Assembly: GCA_964413275.1 (NCBI GenBank)
Contig: CAYPSO010000009.1
Span: 3,399 to 67,398 of the forward strand
DNA from: an uncultured bacterium
GTDB taxonomy: Bacteria; Cyanobacteriota; Cyanobacteriia; Cyanobacteriales; JAABRE01
Length of the DNA: 64,000 nucleotides
Direction of reading: 5' to 3'
Of the stretch, positions 1 through 10,479 are shown piece after piece (positions within the stretch are counted from its first letter, which is position 1; every line of letters starts with the position of its first letter). The notes beneath the pieces were generated by a model. That model was given only the letters and a program-made list of their open reading frames with translations. It had not been told where the DNA came from and ran no database searches. A program made the translations under genes and the position numbers.

Positions 1-1295
<1,295 letters not shown>

Positions 1296-1409
1296 CTATT
1301 TAGGGAAGTGCAACATAGCTAAATTTATGGAAGAAGAAACAAAATCGACAGGTTGTCTTTTGCTTTATCAATTTAATTACTGCAATAATGCCTGATTTAG
1401 GTATAGTAT

Positions 1410-1850
1410 TTGTGTCAATTAAAGATGAAAAAAAAGTTTCTAGCTCTCCTAATTTTAAGTCTTGCTGTTACTTCAGTAAATGCTCATGAACAAATAAAAG
1501 AAGAACATTCCGACTCCCATCATCACCGAACAGTTATGATTTCCGATGAGCAACCTCTTCCTAGTATAGACTTAGTTATTCATGAAGATAGTCTCAAAGG
1601 TTGGAATTTAGAAATTAAGTTGGATAATTTTGAGCTTGCTCCTGAAATGGTCAATACAACAAATGAGCCAAATAAAGGACACGCTCATTTATATATAAAT
1701 GGAGAAAAAATAACTAGAATTTATGGAAATTGGTTTTATTTAGCAACTTTACCTTCAGGAACAAATGAAATTAAGATCGGTTTAAATACTAATCGTCACG
1801 AATCCTTAATGTATCAAGGAAAGTTAATTGAAGATGTAGAAATTATATAA
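1410..1850 (+). CDS. Secreted His-rich small protein, possibly a metal-binding beta-sandwich; function unknown
   Basis: N-terminal signal peptide (KKFLALLILSLAVTSVNAHE), a His cluster (EEHSDSHHHR) and a GHAHLYINGEKI motif reminiscent of GHHHL-type periplasmic domains. A 9-bp hairpin (1875-1898) follows. Confidence 0.45.
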   Translation: MCQLKMKKKFLALLILSLAVTSVNAHEQIKEEHSDSHHHRTVMISDEQPLPSIDLVIHEDSLKGWNLEIKLDNFELAPEMVNTTNEPNKGHAHLYINGEKITRIYGNWFYLATLPSGTNEIKIGLNTNRHESLMYQGKLIEDVEII

Positions 1851-2037
1851 TATCAACATTCTACTTATCATTAAAATCATAATGATAAACCATGTCCTTT
1901 TGACAATATTTGGGCTTAAAATTAGCTAAAGTCCCACTAATAGTAAATTAAGAATGTGAGACAGAATTGAGACAAGACCAAGTCTTGGTAACCGGTGTTG
2001 GAGGTTCAAATCCTGACGAGAGACTATTTTAATCAAA

Positions 2038-2111
2038 TCGGAGCGGCGGGATTTGAACCCACGACCCCCACTACCCCAAAGTGGTACGCTACCAAGCTGC
2101 GCTACGCCCCG
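2038..2111 (-). tRNA. tRNA-Pro (anticodon GGG)
   Basis: Reverse complement CGGGGCGTAGCGCAGCTTGGTAGCGTACCACTTTGGGGTAGTGGGGGTCGTGGGTTCAAATCCCGCCGCTCCGA folds by hand into a cloverleaf. It has a 7-bp acceptor stem, a GCGC/GCGT D stem, a CCACT/AGTGG anticodon stem with loop TTGGGGT, and a GTGGG/CCCGC T stem with TTCAAAT. CCA is not encoded. Confidence 0.9.
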
Positions 2112-2165
2112 AATCAGTCACAGTTTATCATTATAAACAAATTATATTTATTTGACAAGTGTTTT

Positions 2166-2531
2166 TTAGAAATTTTTAAAATTTTGCACTCCTTGTATTA
2201 ATTCTTTAACAGCAGAAGGAGTCCAAATCCCTTCACAACAACGATTTGTCTGCACAATTAAATGGAGAGAATAGGCATGAGGATAACCTTCAACTTCTAA
2301 CCAGATTAAATCGCTTTCCATTTCACAAACAATTTTCTCTTCATCCATCAATTCTATAGCCATATTACTCATTGTTTCAGCTAACTGAGAGAGAAGACGA
2401 CAAAAATCATTTAATTCAGCTTCTGTTAACTCAATTGCCCAAGAATCACTGCCTACTAATCCTTTATATAAACTTTTTGTTGGATTCCAACCAATACGCC
2501 AATCTTTGCCTTTTTTAAGAACACGAGTCAT
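2166..2531 (-). CDS. Conserved cyanobacterial protein (DUF1818-like)
   Basis: 121-aa ORF. The N-terminus GKDWRIGWNP...GLVGSDSWAIELTEAELNDFCRL matches my memory of the DUF1818 family. Confidence 0.5.
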   Translation of the reverse strand: MTRVLKKGKDWRIGWNPTKSLYKGLVGSDSWAIELTEAELNDFCRLLSQLAETMSNMAIELMDEEKIVCEMESDLIWLEVEGYPHAYSLHLIVQTNRCCEGIWTPSAVKELIQGVQNFKNF

Positions 2532-2580
2532 AAAAACTTAAAATCTGGACAAACTGAGTAAATATTATTACATAAACTTT

Positions 2581-2608
2581 GTAGGGGCTGAATATATTCA
2601 GCCCCTAC
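2581..2608. terminator. Perfect 28-nt palindrome GTAGGGGCTGAATA/TATTCAGCCCCTAC just 3' of rpoZ (family 'GGGGCWG')
   Basis: Read directly: 14-nt arms that are exact reverse complements. It lies 12 nt downstream of the rpoZ stop on the minus strand. Confidence 0.5.
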
Positions 2609-2619
2609 AAAAACCTATA

Positions 2620-2847
2620 TTAGTCACTAATAATTTCCGGTTGGGTCAATTCATCAGACATTTCAATAATTGCTCTAATCACAGGTTTCATACTTGGGTC
2701 GTCGAAATTTTCAAATTCTTCATAACGACGACGTTTTGCCCGATTAGCAACTTGTATAGTGATACGATAACGATTAGAAGCAGCACTCATCAACTCTTCT
2801 GCACGATAGACTATTTCTGAAGAATCAAAGGAATTTTTTCTTTGCAT
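2620..2847 (-). CDS. rpoZ: DNA-directed RNA polymerase subunit omega
   Basis: 75 aa. [30 protein letters not shown]...[27 protein letters not shown] is near-identical in pattern to cyanobacterial RpoZ. Confidence 0.9.
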   Translation of the reverse strand: MQRKNSFDSSEIVYRAEELMSAASNRYRITIQVANRAKRRRYEEFENFDDPSMKPVIRAIIEMSDELTQPEIISD

Positions 2848-2912
2848 TAGTTGGGTATCGAAGGTTTGCGTTAGGATAGCTAAAAAGAATTAATTTAATT
2901 TTACTATAAAAT

Positions 2913-3887
2913 ATGCCTACTTATACAGGAATTGCTAGTGACGCTTTTAAACATCCTTTAGATCAACAAGCAGAACAAACTTTACGTACTGTGCCGGGTT
3001 TTGATTTAGTTGCCAGTGCTTTTATCGAATATTTATATGAAAGACCACAACAAATATATTTATTAGCTAATAATATTGAAGTTGGGCCAAGGCAATATTC
3101 TACCTTATACGGCATTTTTAGAGAATGTGTTAGAGATTTAGATATTTATCCTGAGCCTAATCTATATGTTAATCAAAATCCCCAAGTTAATAGTTATGCT
3201 TTAGGTCACGAACACCCTTATATTGTGGTTAATAGTGGTTTATTAGACTTACTTGAAGAAGCAGAATTACGTTCAATAATTGCCCATGAATTAGGACATA
3301 TTAAATGCGATCATACTATTCTGATTCAAATGGCCATTTGGGCTATGGGTGCAGCATCTTTATTAGGTGAACTTACTTTAGGTTTGGGTAATGTGATTAG
3401 TAGTGGTTTAATTTTTGCTTTTTATGAATGGCGACGCAAAGCAGAATTATCTGCCGATAGAGCAGCTATGCTAGTTATGGATGAGTTAAACCCAATTATG
3501 TCTGCCATGATGAAATTGGCTGGCGGTACTCATAAATATGCGAATGAATCTAGTCTGCAAGAATTTATTCGTCAAGGAGAAAAATATCAAGAATTAGATA
3601 AAGATGGCTTAAATCAGTTTTATAAATTTGTAATTTATAATGGTGGAAGTGGCAATTTTCTCACTCATCCTTTCCCTGTCGAAAGATTACATTATTTACA
3701 ACAATGGTTTAATTCTGAAGAATATCGTCAAATTCGCCAAGGTAATTATCAACGGGAAACAACTAAAGGCTCGGTGGATGTGGAATATGCGGAAACAAAT
3801 CAAGAAGTAGATTCTTTACAGGAACAAATCAAGAATCTACAAGAAGAAATTAATCGTCTTAAGAATAAAAAAAATTCTTCTAGATAA
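2913..3887 (+). CDS. M48-family Zn metallopeptidase with C-terminal coiled coil
   Basis: HExxH motif (IIAHELGHIKCDH), hydrophobic segments after it, and a coiled C-terminal tail (LQEQIKNLQEEINRLKNKK). Confidence 0.8.
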   Translation: MPTYTGIASDAFKHPLDQQAEQTLRTVPGFDLVASAFIEYLYERPQQIYLLANNIEVGPRQYSTLYGIFRECVRDLDIYPEPNLYVNQNPQVNSYALGHEHPYIVVNSGLLDLLEEAELRSIIAHELGHIKCDHTILIQMAIWAMGAASLLGELTLGLGNVISSGLIFAFYEWRRKAELSADRAAMLVMDELNPIMSAMMKLAGGTHKYANESSLQEFIRQGEKYQELDKDGLNQFYKFVIYNGGSGNFLTHPFPVERLHYLQQWFNSEEYRQIRQGNYQRETTKGSVDVEYAETNQEVDSLQEQIKNLQEEINRLKNKKNSSR

Positions 3888-3937
3888 TAATTATTATCAC
3901 AAATTATTTAGGTCTGACTTAATAAACCGAAAATTTT

Positions 3938-4843
3938 TTACTGAACATCTGGTTTATATTTTAGAAAAGCAACTCCAGCAGTTATGACTTCTGCACTAAT
4001 ACTAATTAGACGAAATAAGGCAATAGCAACGATAATTTCACCAGACATTTTTTTTCCTAAAACAGTTAGAATTGTCACCTCAAAAATCCCTAAGCCTCCG
4101 GGAGCACCCGGTACAATTAAACCTAATAACCACGCAAAACTAAAAGCACTTAGTAAAGGGATAATGTCTTGAAAATTTAAAGATATTAAAGCTAATATTG
4201 TTAATAAAAATCCAGTTCCTCTAAACAATAAAAATCCTAATTCGCCTAAAAGAGAAGACCAAGGATAATAAATTATTCCTATGGTTGTAACTAATTTATT
4301 TTTGTTTTTTAAACGATTAATAAAATTAATAACTGAGTTGATAATTCGAGGATGAATACCAATTAAAACTACTATTAATCCAATTATTTGTAATATATAA
4401 AAATTATTGTTGACTGTAACACTACCTCCTAATAAGGCAATTATAAAAGCAGCAACAGCCATTAAAATTGGTTCTAATAAAACAGTAAAAGTCGCTATTT
4501 CCAAGCTCCCACCAGCTTGAGTAATTTCCATTACTCGACCATAAAAATGCCAAATATTACCGGGTAAATATTTAGCTAAATTAGTTTGTAAATAAATAGC
4601 AATAGCTCGATGAAATTTGATCGATACTTGGAAGCTTTTTAAAATCCAAGTCCAAACCCAAGCAGACCAACAATGAGCCAGCATAGTTATTATCAGTGCG
4701 ATCGCCAAAAATAACCATCCTTTAGCATCAATTTTAACTGTAATAATTTCTAACCAATATTTGTGAAAAGTATTAACTACAAAAAATAGAGTAAAGCCAA
4801 TAATAATCCAACGAAAATAACTTTTAAATTTGGCAATTTTCAT
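3938..4843 (-). CDS. Polytopic membrane protein, UPF0104 / flippase-like (LPG-synthase TM-like) family
   Basis: 301 aa with about 8 hydrophobic spans. The LAKYLPGNIWHFYGRV motif is typical of UPF0104. Confidence 0.5.
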   Translation of the reverse strand: MKIAKFKSYFRWIIIGFTLFFVVNTFHKYWLEIITVKIDAKGWLFLAIALIITMLAHCWSAWVWTWILKSFQVSIKFHRAIAIYLQTNLAKYLPGNIWHFYGRVMEITQAGGSLEIATFTVLLEPILMAVAAFIIALLGGSVTVNNNFYILQIIGLIVVLIGIHPRIINSVINFINRLKNKNKLVTTIGIIYYPWSSLLGELGFLLFRGTGFLLTILALISLNFQDIIPLLSAFSFAWLLGLIVPGAPGGLGIFEVTILTVLGKKMSGEIIVAIALFRLISISAEVITAGVAFLKYKPDVQ

Positions 4844-4861
4844 TATATAATTAAATATTCA

Positions 4862-5440
4862 TCAAAAAGATTTATTTTTTAAAATATCATTAATATTTAA
4901 TTTAAAATCAGGAAAAGTAGGAGAAATAATAGATAATTCTGAACTAAATTCTGTAACCTCATAAAAACCATTAACTAAAACTAAAACAGAGATTTTTTGA
5001 GCATTTGGATCGATAATCCAATATTCAGGAATTTCTAAGGCTGCATATTCAGAACGTTTATAACGATAATCATCATCCGAATTAGCAGGACTAACAATTT
5101 CTATTACTAAAATAGGGGCAGTTTCCAAAATTGCACAAGGTAAAGAAAGGATTTCTTGAGCTTGACTTTTATTGATAATAGTTAAATCTGGAATACGAGA
5201 TTTAGTTTCTGTAATGCGGACTCCTATTGTACCTGGCATAATTAACCAATTACGATTAAGACGTGCTATTTCTGTTGTTAATAACTGAAATAAAATAGTT
5301 ACAATTAAAGCATGAATTCCACTAGCTGGAGGCATTTTAACTAACTCTCCATTAACAAGTTCGTATTTATAATCTGTCTCATCTAGATAATTAGTATATT
5401 CAGTAAATGTGTAATATTTTTTAGCAGTTTTTACCATCAT
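4862..5440 (-). CDS. Uma2-family (DUF820) restriction-endonuclease-like protein, copy 1 of 4
   Basis: YELVNGELVKMPP...PDLTIINK...VIEIVSPANSDDDYRYKRSEYAALEIPEYWIIDP. Confidence 0.85.
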   Translation of the reverse strand: MMVKTAKKYYTFTEYTNYLDETDYKYELVNGELVKMPPASGIHALIVTILFQLLTTEIARLNRNWLIMPGTIGVRITETKSRIPDLTIINKSQAQEILSLPCAILETAPILVIEIVSPANSDDDYRYKRSEYAALEIPEYWIIDPNAQKISVLVLVNGFYEVTEFSSELSIISPTFPDFKLNINDILKNKSF

Positions 5441-5454
5441 TAAAACCTCAAAAA

Positions 5455-6645
5455 TTAATTATTAGTATTATTAGTATTATTACTATTTACTTCTCGAACA
5501 GATTTGCCATCATTTTGATAACCAAAATACCATAAAGATGCGATCGCCTCTGCACGGGTTACAGCTTTTTTAGGTTGAAATAAAGTAGTGTAACCAAAAA
5601 CTCTTTTTACATTAGATTGTTCTCCATTTTGAAAATCAACTAACAATGCTTGTAAAGTTTTTGGATTAATTTTAGCTGCATCTTGAAAACCCCAAGTTTG
5701 TTTAATCGCTTCTAAGGATGCAGTGGGTAAAGCTTGACGACTATCTAAAGGTATTTTCCATAAAATTAAGTCTTCTCTGGTTAAATTATTATTAGGATTA
5801 AAAGTAACAGCAGTTAACTCATTAGTTAAAGACGAAGGAATTAACCCTGCTTCTGCTAATCCTTGAATAATTGTAAAATCAGGATCGTTTTTAGGAATAT
5901 CAGTAAAAACAGGTTGAGAAGTTGTCGAAGCTAAACGAATTTGTTTTCCCGGTGAATCTTGATAAAGTAAATTATTAATTTTAAATAGCCAACTGGCAAA
6001 TTCTCGCCTTGTAATCCCTTGATTTAAGTCTTGGGTTTCAATTATTCCTAAAGCAGAAATATCATTTATATATTGCTGAAAATTATCAGGAATATTCTCC
6101 GATGGAGAAGTATTTATAGAAGGAGTAGTTGATGGAGTATTTGTTACTGTTTCTACGGGTTTTTCTGTAGTTTCTGGTGATGTATTTTCCTTGGTATATT
6201 TAAGTAGATATTTTGTTTCTGAATTGTTATTTACTAGAGATAATTCTAAAGATAAATTGTCTTTAGTAGCCTGTAAGATATTATCTTGATTTTTAATTTG
6301 CCATTCTGAAGAATTCAGTTGTTTTTCATAATATTCAAAAACAGTATCAATGGGGACAGAAGTTATCCAAAAAGTTTGAGTTTCTTTTTGATTATTTCCT
6401 AATTCTGTAGCTACTAATTTAGCTTGAGAATAAATAGGAATTTCTGAGGGAAAATTATCAGGTAATTGAACTTCAGGAGTAAGAATACTTGGAGTAGAAG
6501 GAGCAGAAGATGTTGTTGGTTTTTCTTGTTTTTCCTTAAGTTTTGGATCGGGAGCAAAAAGTTTTCCTATGCTATTATCCCCGCTACAAGCTGTTAATAG
6601 ATTGAAGCTAATAATTATTGTTAAAGGTAAATATTTTAAAGACAT
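5455..6645 (-). CDS. Lipoprotein with Thr/Ser/Pro-rich linkers and SLH-like repeats
   Basis: Lipobox (FNLLTAC), low-complexity PTTSSAPSTPS stretches, and C-terminal SLH-type motifs (FTDIPKNDPDFTIIQGLAEAGLI...LTREDL; FQDAAKINP...VTRAEAIASLW). Confidence 0.6.
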   Translation of the reverse strand: MSLKYLPLTIIISFNLLTACSGDNSIGKLFAPDPKLKEKQEKPTTSSAPSTPSILTPEVQLPDNFPSEIPIYSQAKLVATELGNNQKETQTFWITSVPIDTVFEYYEKQLNSSEWQIKNQDNILQATKDNLSLELSLVNNNSETKYLLKYTKENTSPETTEKPVETVTNTPSTTPSINTSPSENIPDNFQQYINDISALGIIETQDLNQGITRREFASWLFKINNLLYQDSPGKQIRLASTTSQPVFTDIPKNDPDFTIIQGLAEAGLIPSSLTNELTAVTFNPNNNLTREDLILWKIPLDSRQALPTASLEAIKQTWGFQDAAKINPKTLQALLVDFQNGEQSNVKRVFGYTTLFQPKKAVTRAEAIASLWYFGYQNDGKSVREVNSNNTNNTNN

Positions 6646-6651
6646 AATTGG

Positions 6652-7830
6652 TTATTTATTTATTTTATTTAATGTAGTTAGAAGACAAATAACGGTAGTT
6701 ATAACTAGGGTAAATGTACTGGCTATAATTCCCTGATTTAATTTTAGGTTAGAAAAAATTAAATCAAAAAAACTCATTCCAGCACCAAAAGCACCAAAAT
6801 AAAACCCTAACCCTAAGCCGACTCTTTCCGCAGGCACTAGGATAATAACCAATGGAATTACGCTATTTAAAACGAGAGTAAAACTAGCACAAATAAGTAT
6901 GATAATTAATAAATTGGGAATAAAATTTAATAACTGTAATAATATTATAGTCGATACCAAACCAAGTAATATCCCCAAAGAATTACCTATTTTACTTGCT
7001 GACTTACCAGCAGGTATAGCTAAAATACCTAAACCAAGAAAGAATAACATCATTGCTATTTTGGTATTAGTTTCTCCTATCTGCATGGTGAAAACTTGCT
7101 TAACAATAGGAATAATAAATCTTAAAGCCCAACTAATACTAATCCCCATAATCCCAATTAAGGCTATAGTTAATAACTTAACTTTGGGAACATTTTTATT
7201 ATTTGAAGCTGTGTCTAAATTATCAGTTAAATCAGGAGGAAATAAAAAACGCAAACTAAAACCAGCAAGTAAAAATGTAATTGAACCAATGAAAAAAGCA
7301 AAACTAGGCCCTAACTTTAAAATAATTCCGTAGGCATCAAATCTAAATGCACCAATAACTCCTCCTATTAAACTTACAATACTAACAGCTTGAGGCAATT
7401 TATTTGTAGGTGCAGATTTACTTAATAGGGAAATTGCTGGACTACGAAATATTGCCATAGAAGAAGCCCAAAGTATTGCCAATATCGGTAATAACCAAGC
7501 CCAAATTTTTTGAGGATGAACTAAAATTACAATAACAGGAAGACTAATAAAAAAAACTGAAGCAAAAACAATTCCTAAAGAAATTATGGGAATACGAGTT
7601 CCTATTTTCAATTGTTGGCGATCTGATAATGAACCAAAAATAGGTTCTATTATCGCTTCTAAAAAATGTTCTATTATTAAAACAGTTTTGGCAACTCCTG
7701 CGGCAAATCCTAACTGTACTAAAAATTGAGGAAAATATAAATTATAAATAACCCAAGCTAAGGTAACAGAGCCTTGGATAGCTGCTATTCCCCAAACTTG
7801 TTGCCAAGCAATTGATTTGTCATTTTTCAT
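6652..7830 (-). CDS. MFS transporter
   Basis: 392 aa with about 12 TM spans. The loop motif GSLSDRQQLKIGTRIP sits between TM2 and TM3. Confidence 0.7.
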   Translation of the reverse strand: MKNDKSIAWQQVWGIAAIQGSVTLAWVIYNLYFPQFLVQLGFAAGVAKTVLIIEHFLEAIIEPIFGSLSDRQQLKIGTRIPIISLGIVFASVFFISLPVIVILVHPQKIWAWLLPILAILWASSMAIFRSPAISLLSKSAPTNKLPQAVSIVSLIGGVIGAFRFDAYGIILKLGPSFAFFIGSITFLLAGFSLRFLFPPDLTDNLDTASNNKNVPKVKLLTIALIGIMGISISWALRFIIPIVKQVFTMQIGETNTKIAMMLFFLGLGILAIPAGKSASKIGNSLGILLGLVSTIILLQLLNFIPNLLIIILICASFTLVLNSVIPLVIILVPAERVGLGLGFYFGAFGAGMSFFDLIFSNLKLNQGIIASTFTLVITTVICLLTTLNKINK

Positions 7831-7848
7831 TTAAAAATTAATAATTCA

Positions 7849-8829
7849 CTAACGACTAATTACTTTTACTAAAGCGTCTTTAATTACTGTAGAATTAGCA
7901 TCTGGAAAATGGGCATTTTCACTAATATGTCTTTTCCATGCTTTTGTACCGGGTTTTCCCGTAAACAACTGTAAAATATGACGACTAATAGAGTGTAATT
8001 TTAAGCCTTTTTCTGTCCAATAATCTATGTAAGGTAACATATTTTTAACTACTTGCTCTGGAGTGGGAGGTATGGTATTTTTTCCAAAAATATCTCGATC
8101 TACTGTGGCAAATAAATAGGGATTATCATAAGCAGCACGCCCAATCATGACTGCATCCACAAATTGAAGTTGTTGTTTTACTTGCTCTAAATCAGTAATA
8201 CCACCATTAATTTCTATAAATAAATGAGGAAATTCCTGCTTAAGACGGTAAACATCTTGATAGCGTAGAGGGGGAATATCTCGATTTTCTTTAGGACTTA
8301 AGCCTTGTAACCAAGCTTTACGAGCGTGTACGCTAAAACGGTTACATCCAGCATCCGACACAATTTTAACAAAGTTTTTCATGTCTTCATAAGCGTCGCA
8401 ATCATCAATCCCAATGCGATGTTTAACGGTAACAGGAATATTAACCGCTTGTTGCATTTTTTCTATAGCTTGAGCCACTAATTCAGGTTGTGCCATCAGA
8501 CAAGCCCCAAAATTTCCATTTTGCACCCGACTACTCGGACAACCGACATTAAGATTAACCTCGTCATAACCCCAATCTTCAGCAATTCTGGCACATTCTG
8601 CCAAAATTACCGGATTATCTCCTCCTAACTGTAAAGAAAGGGGTTTTTCCTCAAGAGAAAAATCAAGTAATTTATGACGATTACCATGAATAATGGCTGC
8701 TGTAGTGATCATTTCCGTATATAATAGGGTGCAATGAGTAATTTGTCGCATAAAATAGCGAAAATGACGATCCGTGCGCTCCATCATTGGTGCTACACTC
8801 AAAAGATAAGTTTGATTTTTAGTCTTCAT
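7849..8829 (-). CDS. dusA: tRNA-dihydrouridine(20/20a) synthase
   Basis: LLSVAPMMERTDRHFRYFMRQIT...EVNLNVGCPSSRVQNGNFGACLM...KHRIGID matches the DusA pattern. Confidence 0.9.
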   Translation of the reverse strand: MKTKNQTYLLSVAPMMERTDRHFRYFMRQITHCTLLYTEMITTAAIIHGNRHKLLDFSLEEKPLSLQLGGDNPVILAECARIAEDWGYDEVNLNVGCPSSRVQNGNFGACLMAQPELVAQAIEKMQQAVNIPVTVKHRIGIDDCDAYEDMKNFVKIVSDAGCNRFSVHARKAWLQGLSPKENRDIPPLRYQDVYRLKQEFPHLFIEINGGITDLEQVKQQLQFVDAVMIGRAAYDNPYLFATVDRDIFGKNTIPPTPEQVVKNMLPYIDYWTEKGLKLHSISRHILQLFTGKPGTKAWKRHISENAHFPDANSTVIKDALVKVISR

Positions 8830-8882
8830 GAAAATAAATAAATAGATAGTATTAAATAGAGAAGGTTATTAATTAATTAATT

Positions 8883-9266
8883 ATGACTACTACAAGTTTT
8901 CAAACTATAAAACCTGCTCCCAGAGGAGAGGTAATGATTTATATTCCCTATTATTCCAAAAATCAGCACGAGTTTTTACCTAGAGCTATTAGTCTTTATA
9001 AACAAGGCTCATTAGAAGGAGAGAGAGTAATTGAAGGAGGAGATAATATTCCTTTTGTAGCCACTTGGAATTTATCTAAATTACCTTCTGATGTTACTCG
9101 TTGTACTTTACAGTTTAATGGACAAGCAGATTTAAGTTATCAAACAACTATGTCTAATGCTGACTTGATTAAATACCTAATACATATACTAGATAATTAT
9201 AAAGAATCTAGAAGTGTAGATTTTAATCAAGAATTTTATCGTAATTTACTTAATGTTCAATCCTAA
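8883..9266 (+). CDS. Hypothetical protein
   Basis: 127-aa ORF on the same strand as, and 67 nt upstream of, the DRTGG gene. I recognise no motif. Confidence 0.4.
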   Translation: MTTTSFQTIKPAPRGEVMIYIPYYSKNQHEFLPRAISLYKQGSLEGERVIEGGDNIPFVATWNLSKLPSDVTRCTLQFNGQADLSYQTTMSNADLIKYLIHILDNYKESRSVDFNQEFYRNLLNVQS

Positions 9267-9333
9267 AGGAATTATTAACTAATGTTACTCACTTAAATGC
9301 TTAGTCAAAAAAATATTTTTAAGGAGTTCAATT

Positions 9334-10422
9334 ATGGCACAATCTGCCAAATATGTATTAATAGCTTCAACAGAGGGTTATAGTGGCAAGTCAGGAACTA
9401 TTTTAGGAATAGGAGCTTTATGCCAGAAACAAGGACTGACAATAGCTTATGGTAAGCCTTTAGGAACATCTTTTAAGGCTAATTCTCCTGAATTAGTTGA
9501 AGAAGATGTAAACTTTGTTGCTTCCCATCTTTCCTTAAGTTTAGAACAAGTGCGATCGCCTTTATTATATCTGGATAAATCTACGATTCATAAAACCTTA
9601 GAAGGGAACGAAGTAACTGACTATAGTCAAGCATTAAAGGATTATTTTCACGATACTATCGCTGATGTGATCTTTCTTGAAGGAGGCACAAATTTAGCTG
9701 AAGGAAATTTATTTAATCTATCCGTACAACAAATTGCAGAAGCAACCAATGCAGCTATTGTTTTAGTGGCTCGTTATCATCCTTTATTATTAACAGATAC
9801 TATTTTGACAGCAAAACAATTTTTAGGTTCAACTCTTGCGGGTGTTTTAATTAATGATGTACCATCTTCAGAATTAGAATACTGTCAAAATCTGATTAAA
9901 CCATTTCTTGAAAAACGTCAAATCAAGGTTTTTGGCATTATTCGACAGGATCGTTTATTGCGTAGTGTTAGTGTTAGAGAAATATCTCAACGTTTACAGG
10001 CTAAAGTTCTGTGTAGAGCAGATAGATTAGATTTAATGGTAGAAACTCTAACGATTGGTGCTATGAATGTAAACTCGGCCTTAGAATATTTCCGTCAAGG
10101 GATTAATATGGCAGTAGTTACAGGAGGCGATCGTACTGATTTACAATTAGCCGCTTTAGAAACTTCTACTCAATGTTTAATCTTAACTGGTCATGTACCT
10201 CCTCAACCATTAATTTTAAGTCGTGCAGAAGATTTAGAAATTCCCATTTTATCGGTTAATTTAGATACTCTAAGCACTGTAGAAATTGTAGATCAATCTT
10301 TTGGCATGGTGCGTTTACAAGAACCAATTAAGGTTCAAAGATTTCAAGAGATAATAGCTGAATGTTTCGATCTAAAAGGTTTTATGGAAACATTAGACTT
10401 AAAAGCACCAACCACAGCTTAA
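9334..10422 (+). CDS. P-loop (BioD/CobQ-like) + DRTGG domain protein ('phosphotransacetylase family', Pta N-terminal-like, no PTA catalytic domain)
   Basis: N-terminus YVLIASTEGYSGKSGTILGIG, and a central DRTGG motif (AVVTGGDRTDLQLAALE). Confidence 0.7.
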   Translation: MAQSAKYVLIASTEGYSGKSGTILGIGALCQKQGLTIAYGKPLGTSFKANSPELVEEDVNFVASHLSLSLEQVRSPLLYLDKSTIHKTLEGNEVTDYSQALKDYFHDTIADVIFLEGGTNLAEGNLFNLSVQQIAEATNAAIVLVARYHPLLLTDTILTAKQFLGSTLAGVLINDVPSSELEYCQNLIKPFLEKRQIKVFGIIRQDRLLRSVSVREISQRLQAKVLCRADRLDLMVETLTIGAMNVNSALEYFRQGINMAVVTGGDRTDLQLAALETSTQCLILTGHVPPQPLILSRAEDLEIPILSVNLDTLSTVEIVDQSFGMVRLQEPIKVQRFQEIIAECFDLKGFMETLDLKAPTTA

Positions 10423-10479
10423 TTACCATTTACTGAATAAACATAAAATAAATCAATTCATAATTACTTAGGAAAAATC

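Noticed and set aside
2000-2014. T-loop-like GGAGGTTCAAATCCT on the + strand, about 25 nt from tRNA-Pro; possible second tRNA or tRNA 3'-half marking an integration site
   Set aside because: Only 3 of 5 T-stem pairs form. There is no matching acceptor 5' strand, and no D or anticodon arm in the preceding 70 nt. I could not build a cloverleaf.
1995-2201. Track ORF 1995..2201 (+)
   Set aside because: It reads straight through the tRNA-Pro gene on the opposite strand and has no coding features.
3984-4172. Internal or antisense track ORFs: 3984..4172, 6899..7333, 10689..10880, 10774..11010, 10892..11125, 18409..18630, 18726..18908, 22863..23051, 31211..31510, 32826..33050, 35649..35909, 40390..40575, 42000..42197, 53570..53782, 56128..56433, 58368..58604, 61596..61805
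   Set aside because: Each is nested in, or antisense to, a longer ORF with recognisable family motifs, and none has motifs of its own.
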